Source: Octopus bimaculoides (Eukaryota). Taken from it: a stretch of 64,000 nt of DNA. Shown here piece by piece: positions 50,750-63,743 of this stretch (position 1 is the first letter of the stretch; each line of letters begins with the position of its first letter). A model generated the notes under the pieces. That model was not told the origin of the DNA, searched no databases, and saw only the letters and a program-made list of their open reading frames with translations. Made by a program: the position numbers and the translations under genes. The stretch lies in contig NC_068985.1 of NCBI RefSeq assembly GCF_001194135.2, positions 55,247,557 through 55,311,556 of the forward strand. Reading direction: 5' to 3'.

Positions 50750-53356
50750 AAGTGCCACTTAGACATACATGAGAACACACATGTTCTCTCTCTCTCTCTC
50801 TCTCTCTCACTCACTCACTCACTCTCACACACACACACACGCAGAGATACATGCATACGTACATACAAAAAAGATGTACGCATATATATTGATGTATGTA
50901 CATATACATGACAACACATTCCTTCACTTACTTTGTCTCTCTCCCTTCCTCTCTCTTGCTTTCTTTCTCTCTTTCACATACACGTATATACATCTTTCAC
51001 TTCTTCGCTTTCACTTTCTCTTCTCTTTCACTTTAAAATAAAAGTAAATAAATATTGAAAATAATTTTTAAAATATATTAAAATATTGTTTGTTTAAAGA
51101 AAGCTTACATATAAATACTTACTGTACAAATAACTTAAATTTTTTAAATCACATTCAGTTAAAAATATTTCTAAATGCTTAAAATATTGTCTACGTCAAA
51201 AGTCAACATTTTTGTTTTTTCTTAGAGTGCGAAGACTGTGTGTATGTCACAGATAGCGGATGTGTGTTTGCGTTTATTGACACGCCGTGACATTCATTGT
51301 GTGTGTTTGTGTGTGTTGACATCATGGAAGCCATGTTTTTTTTTCTTTTTTACATCAAGAAATAGCGAACAAAAATTGTGTTTGTTTTCATTAATAAATA
51401 GAGGTCCAAATATCACAAAAATTTGAACCGCACTGCTGAAGGTAAGTATGCAAATAAATATGCAAAAGAAATTAAGATAAGATATACTATTTTTGAGATA
51501 TTTCAGCTACACACAAACATCCCTAGAGTTTTAGTATTAAGATTAAAGTTGTGAACTGGCAAAATCATTAGTGTGTCTGGCAAAATGCTTAGCAGCATTT
51601 CATGTCTTTACATTCTGAGTTCAAATGCTGCCGAGGTCAACTTTACCTTTCATCCTTTTGAGGTCATTAAAATAAGTACCTAATATTCAATGTAAAAAAA
51701 TAAAAATCACACACCATTTAATTTGCCTACTATATATTTGTTTCAACTCAGGGCTATGAGATAGAAAACATTTGCTCAAAGCACGCGGTTGTGAAATGAA
51801 ATTCTTAGCACAGCCATAACTGCACTTAGTAATTACTCATAAGTTCATCATTGTTTTAATTTACACTTTCCCATGCTTACATGGATCAGACAAAATCTGT
51901 TGAGGCAGATTTTGTATGTTGAGATGCTCTTCTTGCCACCTCTCACCTGTTTTTAAGTAGGGTAATATTTCCGCTAGTCCTTCAAGCATGAACAACACAT
52001 TTCATTGTTATTAGTGATTACAAGCTACTACTTATATCTGTATCAGTCTGTCACTGTTATACAAGATATCCCCAGATGCTGCATATTCTTTTACTCTTTT
52101 ACTTGTTTCAGTCATTTGACTGCAGCCATGCTGGAGCACTGCCTTTAGTCGAGCAAATCGACCCCAAGAGTTATTCTTTGTAAGCCTGGTACTTATTCTA
52201 TTGGTTCATTTTGCCAGACTGCTAAGTTAAGGGTACATAAACACACCAGCATTGGTTGTCAAGTGATGGGGGGGGGGACAAACAGACACACAAACATACA
52301 TATATATACACACACAACAGACTTCTTTCAGTTTCCATCTACCATATTCACTCACAAGGCTTTGGTCGGTCCAAGGCTATAGTAGAAGACACTTGCCCTA
52401 GGTGCCACGCAGTGGAACTGAATCCAGAACCATGTGGTTGGTAAGCAAGCTACTGTCTATCTTTGTTACTAGTAATAGCAGCTACACATTACAACTTATG
52501 CCTGTGTCTATCTCTGTTATGTCTTATGAATTTTAGATTATTCATTGATGACATACTACAGTCAATTTTATGATCTTGTTAACCTTATTTCAGTTGCTTA
52601 CGTTAGAAACCAGCTTTAGTCTGGATTTTTGGGGTTTAGTGGCTTAGTGGTTAGACTGCTAACTACTAGCTAAATGCTTAGTCTACAAACTGGATGTTGT
52701 ATAATGGTTCTGTGGTTAGGCCACTAACTAATCTGTGTTCAAAACCTAAACTTTGATAGATGACTTTTTTCTCAATTTCTTTTTTAATAATACTTACGTG
52801 AGGAATATTAAATTATATGTCTGAGGAATTGGCATTTGGAAATAAGTGTCCTTGTACCAACAATCTGTTTCCAAAATTCTTGCAGACATGAGATTTGTTA
52901 TTTTCTCTAAGTTCTGTGAATGCTAGAAAATTGATTGATTATGCTTTGATAAATATCAAAATAACTTTCAGGATATGAGAAATAAATTATATTGCTAGGT
53001 TCGTTATTGAAAAGCTAATTTGATGTATTGGAAGTATTGTGCTGCTTTTATTCTTCACCTTATTCTGAAAGAAAGAAAGTTATTGGGTAAAATGGGGAAA
53101 AAAAAACAGTTGTTGTTTAGCTCTAGGTCATCTCTAATTCAGCGTATCTGATCTAGAGGCAATGGAGCTGGGGTTTTTTCCTTCAGATATAGTGCATTTA
53201 AGATCCTGTTAACTATTTGGTTACCATATTTCCATTGAAATACACTGCTTAGATTCAGTTGATTTTGAAAATAATGAATTTAGTAAAATAACTTTGTCAT
53301 TATAAAGCTGGTGTTTGGAACATAAATTAACATGGAATTTTGATGGGAGACTTTAA

Positions 53357-54018
53357 CCCTTTTGATGCCACCCTACCTGAGGCTACCTCTAGTTTTATGG
53401 TACAAGCTTCCTGTTTTAAAGCAATCTAAATTAAAATTTCCTGATAATTTATGTTCGAAACAACTTTAATAATGACAGGGTTATTTTAATAAATACTTCA
53501 TTATTTTCAAAATTGATTGAAGCAAAGGTGGTAGTGTTTTTTTCTTTTCTATGCTTCAGTCATTAGACTACAGCCATGCTGCGGCATTACCTTGAAGTTT
53601 TTAGTCAAATGAATTGACCTCAGCCTGGTACTTACTCTATCAGTCTCTTTTTCCAAACCTCTAAGTTATGGGGATATAAACACATCACCAGTTGTCAAAT
53701 GTTGGTGGGGGACAGATACTCTCACACACACAAAGACTAATATATACATATATATATATATATACACACACATGCAATGGGCTTCTTTCAGTTTCCGTCT
53801 ACCAAATCTATTCACAAGGTTTTGGTTGGCTTGAGGCTATAGTAGATGGTTAACTGAGGTGCCACGCAATGGGACTGAACCAAGAACCATGTGGTTGGGG
53901 AGCAAGCTTCTTCCCTGTAATAAAAAAGAAAAAATTAGGGTAAACTTAGATCATTTTAATACAGGAAGGTTGTACTATAGATTCAGTGGCTGTCTGGGGC
54001 AGGTTGGTATTAAAAGGG
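53357..54018. mobile_element. TTAA-flanked (piggyBac-type) MITE with a nested SINE (about 53540-53915)
   Basis: TTAA|CCCTTTTGATGCCA ... TGGTATTAAAAGGG|TTAA. Fragments of the same family occur near 36650-36880, 53210-53350 and 60110-60300. Confidence 0.8.
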
Positions 54019-54946
54019 TTAATGCATCCTCTGGTTGACATGTTACTAAGTCACCATTTCATTTCGTTTAGAAAATGGTGTTTCCACAAAAGGTCATAGA
54101 TTCTTTATTTCCCACAGAAGTGACTCCCCTCCCATCTTTCATTATCAATAACACGTAATTAATAATAAATTAGCCATTACATCGTTACTGAAATATTCAT
54201 TATTTCTAATCTAGAACTTTTTATCATTTTCACAATTATTTCCCATCTTGTAATTTTGCCTGTTTGCATTCATTACACCATGTTTATTTTGTTTGTTGGT
54301 TTTTTTTTTACCCAAAATGTCATACAAAATTGATTTGGTTTAATATATCTACAACCATAATGATGATGATGATAATATCAAATATAAAGGCAATCAATGC
54401 AACATTCCTCAATCATTAGTTTCTACTCTACAAGTCAAGGAGGTGCTGTGTCATTTAATGGATTTGTTCCATTTTGTCATTTAAACTCCTGAATGCAAAA
54501 CGCTCCTATCACAGCTGGATTTTTTTTTTTTTATGGCATAGGTGCAGGCGTGGCTGGTTCCAGGTTCGGTCCCACTGTGTGGAACCTCGGGCAAGTGTCA
54601 TCTACTATAGTCTCAGGCCAACCAAAGCCTTGTGAGTGGATTTAGTAGACAAAAACTGGAAGAAGCCCATCGTGTGTATGTTTACATCCCTGTAACTTAG
54701 TGGTTCAGCAAAAAAGCCTAATAGAATAAGTACCAAGACTAACAAAAAACAAGTACTGGGGTTGATTCATTTGACTAAAAAATTCTTTTTTCATGCTTTC
54801 TAGGAGTAAGCAGACAGGAAATAACAGTTGCTACCCAAGGACAAAAATCATGTTACACAGTGTTATTTGTAAACTCTAAAACATTCCTCTTATTTTGGTC
54901 TTTCCTTTTTGTTAAGTTAATTTTATTTCTTTATCTTTCATTTCAG

Positions 54947-55062
54947 ATCCAACATTAGATGCTGTAAGTGTGAAAATTGAAGCATCAGCCGCTGCTGAGG
55001 CAGAAGCAGCAGCTGAAGAGGCCGGTGATGAAGACTCAAATGTTCCTTATTTTGATATTTAA
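54947..55062 (+). CDS. ATP5PF: ATP5PF last coding exon: DPTLDAVSVKIEASAAAEAEAAAEEAGDEDSNVPYFDI*
   Basis: Long polypyrimidine acceptor ttttatttctttatctttcatttcag|. The phase-1 join G|AT restores the conserved Asp-Pro that follows FPTFxW/F. Stop TAA at 55060-55062. Total CDS is 167+134+116 = 417 nt (138 aa). Confidence 0.88.
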
Positions 55063-55134
55063 ATAGGAAACAACTTAGGAAACAAATTATCTTTTTCTTT
55101 TGATATAGTTTTGTTGAAATGAGTGAAACATCCA

Positions 55135-55243
55135 AATAAAAGGAACAGTTTTGTATTTCTTTTGGGAGAGAATCCTTAAAGGAGTTGTAGAAAGTCTATG
55201 TTCAATCACAGGTGTTGGTGTTTCATGTTAATTACAAAATAAA
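55135..55243 (+). terminator. Two AATAAA polyadenylation signals for ATP5PF (55135-55140, 55238-55243)
   Basis: Both lie 70-180 nt after the stop codon. The second is followed by a GT/T-rich tract (ggctgtgtttttattttttt). Confidence 0.65.
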
Positions 55244-58200
55244 TGAATTTTACATTAATTTGGCTGTGTTTTTATTTTTTTAAAAATATATCTTTAACAT
55301 TTTATGTGCAGGTATGTGGTTAAGAAGTTTGCTTCTAAACCACATAGTTTCAGGTGCAGTCCCACTGTGCAGCAGCTTGGGCAAGTGTTTTCTACTTTTA
55401 GCCCTCATGCTGACCAAAGCCTTGTGAGTGGATTTGGTTGATGGAAACTGAAAGAAACCCATCATTTTTGTGCGTATGTGTGTTACACTCTATTTTGACA
55501 TTGTGTAATGGTTGTAAATAAGTGTCACTGTCATAAAAACAGCATCCTTTGTTTTCAATCCTGTGTAAAAATGTCTAGCAGTGGGCTAATATTACTTTAC
55601 TTGGAAACAGGAAAGGGTTGGCTACAAGAAGGGCATCTGGCCATAGAAAATCTGCTTCACTTATTTTTGTCTGATCTATGCAAGCATGGATAAGTGGACA
55701 GTAAAACAATTATAATGATGATATTTTAACATTTTTAACACTTATCGGACAATCAAATTGATCAATCAGTCTGCTGGTTTTGTGCCAGAAAGATGAAATA
55801 TGATACATTGTTCTAAGAATGGTCAGATTTGTCTGGTTAATTAATAGTAATTATATCGACCATTAGATATTTAATTTTCAATACAGTCTGGCTTTTTTAT
55901 AATGAAGTTCTTTAACAGTTATTAAAAGCTGTGTGGTTGAGTTTGTTTCTCAGCCACATGGTTGAGTTCAATCCCATTTTGTGACACCTTAGAGAAGTAT
56001 CTTCTACTAAAACCTTGAGCTGCCCAAAGCTTTGTGAGTAAATATGGTACACGGAAACTAAAGGAAGCCTGTTTGTGTGTGTATATATATATATATATCT
56101 TTTTTTTTTTTATATTTTATTTTTTGTACTTGTTTCAATCAGACTGGCCACGCTGGGGCACCACCTTAAAGACATCTTTTGTGGAATGAACCGTTTTTTT
56201 TTTTTTTTTTTTTAGCCATGTACTTATTTTATTGATCTCTTTTTTCCCAAACTGCTAATTTATAGGGATGTAAACACACCAACACCTGTTGTCAAGCAGT
56301 GATGGGAAACAAAGACACATATATTATGTGACTGGCTTCTTTCAGTTTCCATCTACCAAATCCTTTCACACGATTTTGGTAGGCCCAAGGCTTATTGTAG
56401 AAGACCCTTGCCCAAGGTGCCATGCAGTGGGATAACCCAGAACCATGTAGTTAGGAAGCCAGCTTCTTACCACACAGTCACATCATAATCACATTTAACC
56501 TCCATTTCCCATGCTGGTATGAGCTGGATGGTTTGACATGATGTTACAAGCTGTAGTGTCAGCTTTGGCATGGTTTCTATAAATGGACACCTTTGTACTG
56601 ACTACTTTTTATGTGGAACCAACTATAGTGAGGCTGTTAAATAACTTGCCAGACAAGAAAAGACCCCTTTGACTGAGAGGGGGAGAATACTTCATGCCAG
56701 GTGTTGAGAGGTTAAAGTATGAGAGAGGGATAGGCACTGGTTTTTTGCTGTAGAATAGATACATGGTTACCCAGCATTATATAAGGATGGATGGGAGTTT
56801 CTGAGAAAGAGATTAAAGATGGTAGTGATGGGAATCCAGAGTAAGCTCTCAAGGAACAAGAAGGTGAGCATAGGAAAGAAAACGGACAGTGGAGAGAGGA
56901 TGAATAGATTCATAAGAGTGTCAGGGAAGAGTAACGTTAGAGATGGGGCGGTGTAGATGGGAAAGTAATGAGTGATGAACTAGTGTGGTGCAACTGATGG
57001 GAAATACCAATGTGGATTGGTGGGCAAGATAAGAGAGAGGGAAATGACTCAGAAAAGAGGAGATATCAGAAAGTAGCTAGATGTACAAGGTGTAGGAGTG
57101 GTAGGAAGAGAGACATAGAGGTACATTAGGGTGGCTTTAGTGAGTGGGGCATGATGGTAGATATGAGAGGACATTGAGAGTGATAGCAGATATGAACTGT
57201 ATTTGCAGGTGTGGTAGGAAATTGCTTTCTAAGCATGTTTCTGGGTTCAGTCCCACTGCTTGGCATCTTGGGTTACTGTCATCTAGTATAGCTTTGGGCC
57301 GACCAAAGTCTCGTGAGTGGATTTGGTAGATGGAAATCTGGAAGAAACCAATAGAATAAGTAGCAGTCTTTACAAAAAAAATGGGTTTTGGGTTCAATTC
57401 ACTTGACTAAAAATTCTTCAAGGTGGTGCCCCAGCATGGCTGTAATCTAATGACTGAAACAAGTAAAAGATAGCAGAAGAGAGAAAGATATAAAAGAAGG
57501 CACAGGAAGGAGCTGATCAGTGTAAATGGATGGATGTGATTCCAGGGTAAGGAGGTAGGTGATAGTGCAAAGAATAGCTGGATTTAATATGTCTGCTCAC
57601 AAGTGATTACAGCAACTGGGTAGTGCCATAGATGGAGGAGGGATAGGTGCAGCAGTAGGGAGCAACATGTATAAACATAAACAAAATCTTTTCGGACCTC
57701 ACTTTTGCTGTGATGGACAGATCTCAAGTACAGTATATCATCAATCATCTCAATCCTTTGTCATCTCTCACACCCGTATGTGTGTGTGTGTATTTATGTT
57801 GCCTGGTCTTGACATCACGTGATGTAAATGATTGACACTGTCATACAGCAGTGTCAATCTTTTTCTAATATTCAGTGAAAGCATATTTGACCATGGGGAT
57901 ATATTATGTTGTTTGAAAACAAGTGAGAGTTGGTGACAGGAAGGGTATCCAACCATTGAAAATCTGCTTCAATAAACTCCTGATCCATGCAAGAATAAAA
58001 AAAGTGAATGTTAAAAAGATGATAAGAATGTTGACAAGTTCTTTAACAGTTGTAGGAGTTGTTATCATTCTAGCAACTTCATAACAATGTTCTGTATTCT
58101 AGAAGGCAGCGAGTTGGCAGAGTCATTAGCACACTGGACGAAATGCTTAGCGGTATTTCGCCTGCCACTACATTCTGAGTTCAAATTCTGCCATGGTCAA

Positions 58201-59559
58201 CTTTGCCTTTCATCCTTTCAGGGTCAATAAATTAAGTACCAGTGAAATTCTGGGGTTGTTGTATTTGACTCATCTCCTCCCCCAAAACGTCAGGCCGTGT
58301 GCCTATAATAGAAAGGAATGTTCTGTATTCTAGAGCTGTGTGAAAATAGTTGTTCAGATGTTCAGAGATTACTAGAACTAATTTTATATTGTTATTTCAA
58401 CTCCATCCTGTTCAGCAAATAATCTGCTGAATTATACTTCCTTCCCTCGTCATTTGATTCCAGTCAGCCAGTTACTAAATAGCAAGGAAAATGTAAATAT
58501 GACTACTTAGTTAGTGGGAAAAGGCAGGCAGTGTTGTTTACAGGACCTCTAAGATCTGATGGGAGGAAGATAGTGTTAAACCTGAATATTTGTAACAGAA
58601 TAAACTCCACTAAAGGAACTCAAGAAACTGGGTGACACACTAATCTTTTTGTTACCATATTTCTGGTGAAATACATTGCCTTTTGTTTCAATTAGTAATG
58701 AAAATAACTTTAGTAAAATAAATATCATTAACCATTTGATATCAAGCCACACAAGACCACTTCTGTTCATCATCATCCTCATCATCATTTAACATTTGTT
58801 TTCTTTGTTGGCATGAGTTGGACGGTTTGGCACCATTGTCTGTTTTGGCATGGTTTCTACAGCCGGATACCCTTCTTAATGCCAACCACTTTACAGAATG
58901 TACTGGATGCTTTTTATGTGGCACCATCATCAGTGCTTTTTACATGGCACCAGCACCAGTTTTCTTTTGTGGCATCAGCACTGACTATGAAACCAAGTAC
59001 CTTGCAAGACAAAAACCCCTCAGCTAGGAGTGGCGGGGTAGTATTGAGGGGGTGTCGCTTTGTGCTAGTTGAGAGATTAATGCTATAGAGGGACATGCAT
59101 AGGCGTCTTGCTGTAGATACATGGACACCTCATTTGGAAGAGAGAGGAGAGTGAGTTTTAGAGTAAGATAAAGACAGTGGTAGTGAGAGAGATGATGGTG
59201 AAGATGTTGGGATAGTGAGAATAGGTAAGGTGATACAGAGATTTGGACTGGGTGAATGGGCAGAACTGAGATGACTAGCAAATGATGGGAAGAAATATGA
59301 GAGGCTCAGGAGCAGGGTTTGTGGTAGATATGTGAAGGCATTGCAAGTGATAGATAAGCGTAGTGTTAATTATAAAGAACAGCACAGAAAGGAGGTGCTT
59401 GGTGGAGACAGTAAGTGGGGAAAGATAATGAGAAATGGAAGTGGATCAAGGAAGAGAGGTAACTGAGAGTGTAGTATGTGCTTGTTCTGCTCTCAGGTGA
59501 TAGAGAAGTGATGGATGTTAGGGGATAATATGTGTATGGGAGGAAGGTTGATAGGGCAG

Positions 59560-60085
59560 AGCCCCTCACAGACAGGCATTACCAGGTGGTTTTAAGATAT
59601 TAATTCTGCTGTGTGAAGTACAGCAAGGTGCCAGATATCATGGTCCTTTGTCATCTTTTTCATAAAGCTCAGTGTCTTGAGATCAGCCTCCAATACTTCA
59701 TCCCGTGTTTTCCTGAGTTTCCCTCTTTCACAAGTTGTGTCCACTTTCAGTGATCAGCACTTTTTATGCAATTATCCTTGTCCATACGCATCACGTGACC
59801 AAACCAGTGCAGACTTCTCTCTGGTACATTGTATTAAATTCCTCTTATGCCTAACTTTTTCATATACTAGCACTCTGTTGCACATCTAGCAGAGCATACT
59901 AACTTCATTCCTCTCTAGTCTTCGCATGTTCTCTGCATTCAGGGCCACTGTCTCAGTACCATGTAGTATTGTTCATATACATGCATCATTCAGTCTTCTT
60001 TTCACTGAGAGAGAGAGAGCCCTTTGATTGCCAACAGGGGTAAAAGCTCTCTGATCTTTCTCCATCCTATTCTTTTTCTAGCAAA
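59560..60085 (-). mobile_element. RTE LINE 3' fragment
   Basis: Reverse complement resembles the 39560-40060 RTE region. Confidence 0.7.
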
Positions 60086-60319
60086 TCAATGATATAAATG
60101 TGTTTCAAACCTTTTGATACTAACCTGCTAGAAGCCATCCTCGATTCTATGATACAAACTCCTTATTGTAAAGTGATCTAAATTAAACCCTTCCATCACA
60201 ATTTCATGCTAATTAATGTTCCAAACAAATTTATTAATGACAAAATTATTTTACTAAATTCTTCACTATTTTCAAAATTAGTTGAACTAAAGGGAGTATA
60301 ATCATCATCAAATTCTATA

Positions 60320-60720
60320 ATTCTAAGATGAAGAATTTATATTATGTATACTGTTTATATTAGTTGGACTGGTGCCCTCATCTTGATTGTTACTTTCACT
60401 AAGTTTCAGCTGTTGTACACTCCAGCCTTTTTTGGGGTGTATACAACAACCAAGTTCAGGTCTGGAATTCAGTAGTGTGGTTGAATTCTTAGATCTAAAA
60501 AGTATATGCAATCTTTCAGCTACACATAATTTGCATTTCTTAGATCGATTAACATATAGTATGGATTTCTCTATGATTCTCCAATTGATTGTATGTTGGT
60601 TGCAGTTGATTTTCAAACCCCATACATGGCGGTGAACTTAGTAACTTTACCTTTGTGAATGTGCCGGAAGGAAGACAAATGGTTTGAGTAACGTCTTTTG
60701 AAATTGCTTTCACCCTAACC
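60320..60720 (-). mobile_element. Penelope-like element, GIY-YIG endonuclease C-terminal remnant
   Basis: INWRIIEKS...Y.NRSKKCKLCVAERLHIL...LLNSRPEL..C.H matches the PLE endonuclease C-terminal pattern. Confidence 0.7.
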
Positions 60721-60735
60721 TGATGTAATTTTTCA

Positions 60736-61294
60736 TGAGGACTGATCGAAAAGTATTGGGACTGTTGCTATGGTAATAGAGTTAAAGTACACAGAATGAA
60801 GCTGTTTAACACAGATTAACCTTGATCTCTGTTGCATATGCACACTAATCTATAATGTTCTTGCTTACTTTTGATGCTTTTAGGAGTGCTTGGGAGTATA
60901 GTGTGTAGAGTGTGATCATCTCAAAAACAAGATCAGGTTTCAGCTGTGCAGGATCCCCTTGATTGTATTGAAGAAGACAAAAACTTTTTGAAAACAGTTA
61001 TAACAGGTGACCAACTGTGAGTCTATGGCTTTCACCTTGAAACTAAGGCAAAAATCAAATCCCACATGAAGGGAACAACATTTCAAAATGTCAAGGAAAC
61101 CCAGGAGAATCTAACAAGGCCACAGGTTGCTATCCCAAAAAAGGAGTTCCAGGAATGCTTCCATCAATAGAAATGATACTTGATAAAATGTGTGGCTTCA
61201 AAAGGGGATTAATTTGAAAGAGATTAAATACTGACTTGATATGTGTTGCTTTCTTTTTATAGCACCAGTCTCAATAATTTTTGATCAGACCTCA
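60736..61294 (+). mobile_element. Second mariner-family deletion derivative
   Basis: About 30-bp TIRs (tgaggactgatcgaaaagtattgggactg / cagtctcaataatttttgatcagacctca|TA). FLKTVITGD and decayed KCVAS.G.YFE motifs. Confidence 0.8.
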
Positions 61295-62443
61295 TACTTT
61301 AAGTTTTTGTCTATAAAAATCCACTCACAAAACTTTGGTTCACCTGGAGCAATAGTTGAAAAACCTCACTCAATATGCCATGTTGTAGGATTGAACCCAA
61401 AATGATATGGTTGGGAAGTAAACCCCTTAAGCACATGGCCCATGCCTGCTCCTGGGTATAACAAAATTATGTATGATTTTTCCAAGACACTCCCTCATTA
61501 ATGACGGTTTTCTTCAACTTATTCTGACAGAAAATACCATTTTGCAAGCTGTACCCATCTGAGCTTTACAATTTTGGAGTGCCAATGTGGTTTATAGTAG
61601 AAGGACTCAAATCCTGAGAATTAAATATTTTGGTCATGAGCATAGTGTAGTGATAGTAACTGAATGCCATACTTTGGGATCTCAACTTTTCCATGGAATA
61701 GTAAGGGCATTGTCTTGATATACAGAATGTCTTGTGCATTTTTTAGATTTGGCAGGACCTATACTCATCCAAGTCTGACCATAGCTGATTTCTTCCAGAA
61801 GAGAGAAAAACTGAGCACTACAAGTAGAAGACTAGTACTTTATTTATTGACCTTCAAAAAGAGGAGAACAAAGTTGATCTCATCAGGATTTGAACTTGAA
61901 GCATAGGGAAGCAGGATAATAATTGCAAAGCAATCTATCTGATGCATCTATGATTCTATTAATCAGCCATCTAGTGGCAGAATACCAACTGGTATGTTAA
62001 AACTGACACGCCCAATCTGTTTGTAAATGTAGATCGAGGTTAAAAATTAAAATTATTTTCCAATAAATGTTTGTAGCTTAATATATATATACAAGCATTT
62101 CAGAAAATATTTTCTTTGAGTAGCTTCTGTGATGGTTGAAATGATGTAAAAAAAAAGTTTGAATTTTCTAATTTGACACTGAGCCAGAGTTAAACTGCAT
62201 TTAAGTTATATTTCATTTTGTTCATATTTTAAGCATTTATTAGAAAAGTTAAAATGAAAAGATTAACTCTATCCTACATAATATATATATATACATACGT
62301 ATAATTTACATACATACATACACACACACATTAACAAGAATGGAGTGAGCACTCTGTTGATGTGGTCATCCACTCCAGTCATAGCGCTGGTGTTGGGGTT
62401 GTTGGTGTTAGTGCTGGTGCTTCTGTCGCTGCTGCCAGTACCG

Positions 62444-62479
<36 letters not shown>

Positions 62480-62497
<18 letters not shown>

Positions 62498-63345
62498 ATA
62501 ACTAAAGGTAACTTAGATATGTTTTGACTAAAGATTGATCCAGGCCATGTCTAACTTAATAGCACCACCTGATAGGATTTGCTAAATCCTTTTTAAGTCA
62601 AGTTTTGTGGTATCATGGCCCTTTCAAGTAGGGAGTTCTTGTTGAGTGAGTTGTATCCAGGTATATGTGGTTTATCTGGTATCCTTTTGAAGAAAAATTT
62701 CCAGATTCCATTTAAAGGTGATGGGATCGTTTTCCTCTATTTTGGGATAATGTTAAATAGGGCAGGGCCCGCTGAGGAAAAGAGATTGTGTTGCAGTGTA
62801 TTTATGTATTGTGATCCTGAATTGAGTAGGGGCTGTATGGCCTGTGCTCCTAACCTTGGATGAATTCTGAAACTAATGCTGAGATCATTTGGGCAATGCT
62901 GGTGGCATATTCTCCACATCATGCAAATGATGTACTGTTCACAGTAATGCTGGAGAGATCAGAGCTTCAATGTTTTAAGGCGGTCCCAATAATTGAGATC
63001 AATCATGCCCTTAATTCTTTTAGTGAATGCTCTCTGGAGTGATTCAATTTTCGAAATGTTTTGTGTGAGGAGACCATAGGGAGCAGCAGTATACAAGGTG
63101 TGGCTGTACAAACGAGGGAAAAAGAGGAATGATGACACCTTGTTCTTTGAACCAGAAGGTTCTTAGGAACCTGGAGCTCATCCTACAAACTATATCGATC
63201 TTATTGTTGATGTGGGCACTCCAGCTGAGATTGTTATCAATAATTACTCCTAGGTCTCTGATATTATTAGATACTGTGAGTGGTTCCCCCGAAGGAAGAG
63301 AATATGGTTGTTTTCGCATAGTCTTTTTTCCAAAATGCATCAGTT
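62480..63345 (-). mobile_element. Decayed CR1/L2-type LINE 3' portion
   Basis: ORF 63044..63340 contains RDLGVIIDNNLSWSAHI...VQPHLVYCCSLWSPH. The downstream frame gives GPALFNIIP...IPDKP. Confidence 0.85.
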
Positions 63346-63731
63346 CGAATTTTCCCTCGTTTAGTCACATTATGTTTTTGTCTGCCCATGTGTGTGTGTG
63401 TGTGTGTATTGTTGACGTCAAAAAAAGTATTTTACAAACTTTCAAGAAAACGTCAATTAATTCTTTGTTTTTGGAATGTCTCGAAGCACACATATAAAGC
63501 TATAAATAATAACATGTAAATGTTAGGTTGAAAGTCTGGATACATACATTCTTTTGTTAAGTTCATATTGGATCTGCAGAAGAAAAAAAAACGAATATTA
63601 GTATAACTTTATGGCCACCTGGTCAGTGGCCCGGGAACAAAATTTGCTTAGGGGGTGCAAACTCAGTTCCAAAATTTGGCACTACTGGAGAAGTGTGGAT
63701 CCAAGTTCTGGGAGTGTGCATGTCACAAATT

Positions 63732-63743
63732 TGCGCATGCGCA
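63732..63743. promoter_or_regulatory. Perfect NRF1-type palindrome TGCGCATGCGCA in a CpG-rich patch near the window end
   Basis: Exact consensus match. Neighbouring CpGs at 63600-63810. Confidence 0.4.

Noticed and set aside
62345-62527. Hydrophobic ORF MSTLLMWSSTPVIALVLGLLVLVLVLL resembling a signal peptide
   Set aside because: It arises from a GT-rich low-complexity stretch next to a LINE tail and (TA)n, with no splice support.
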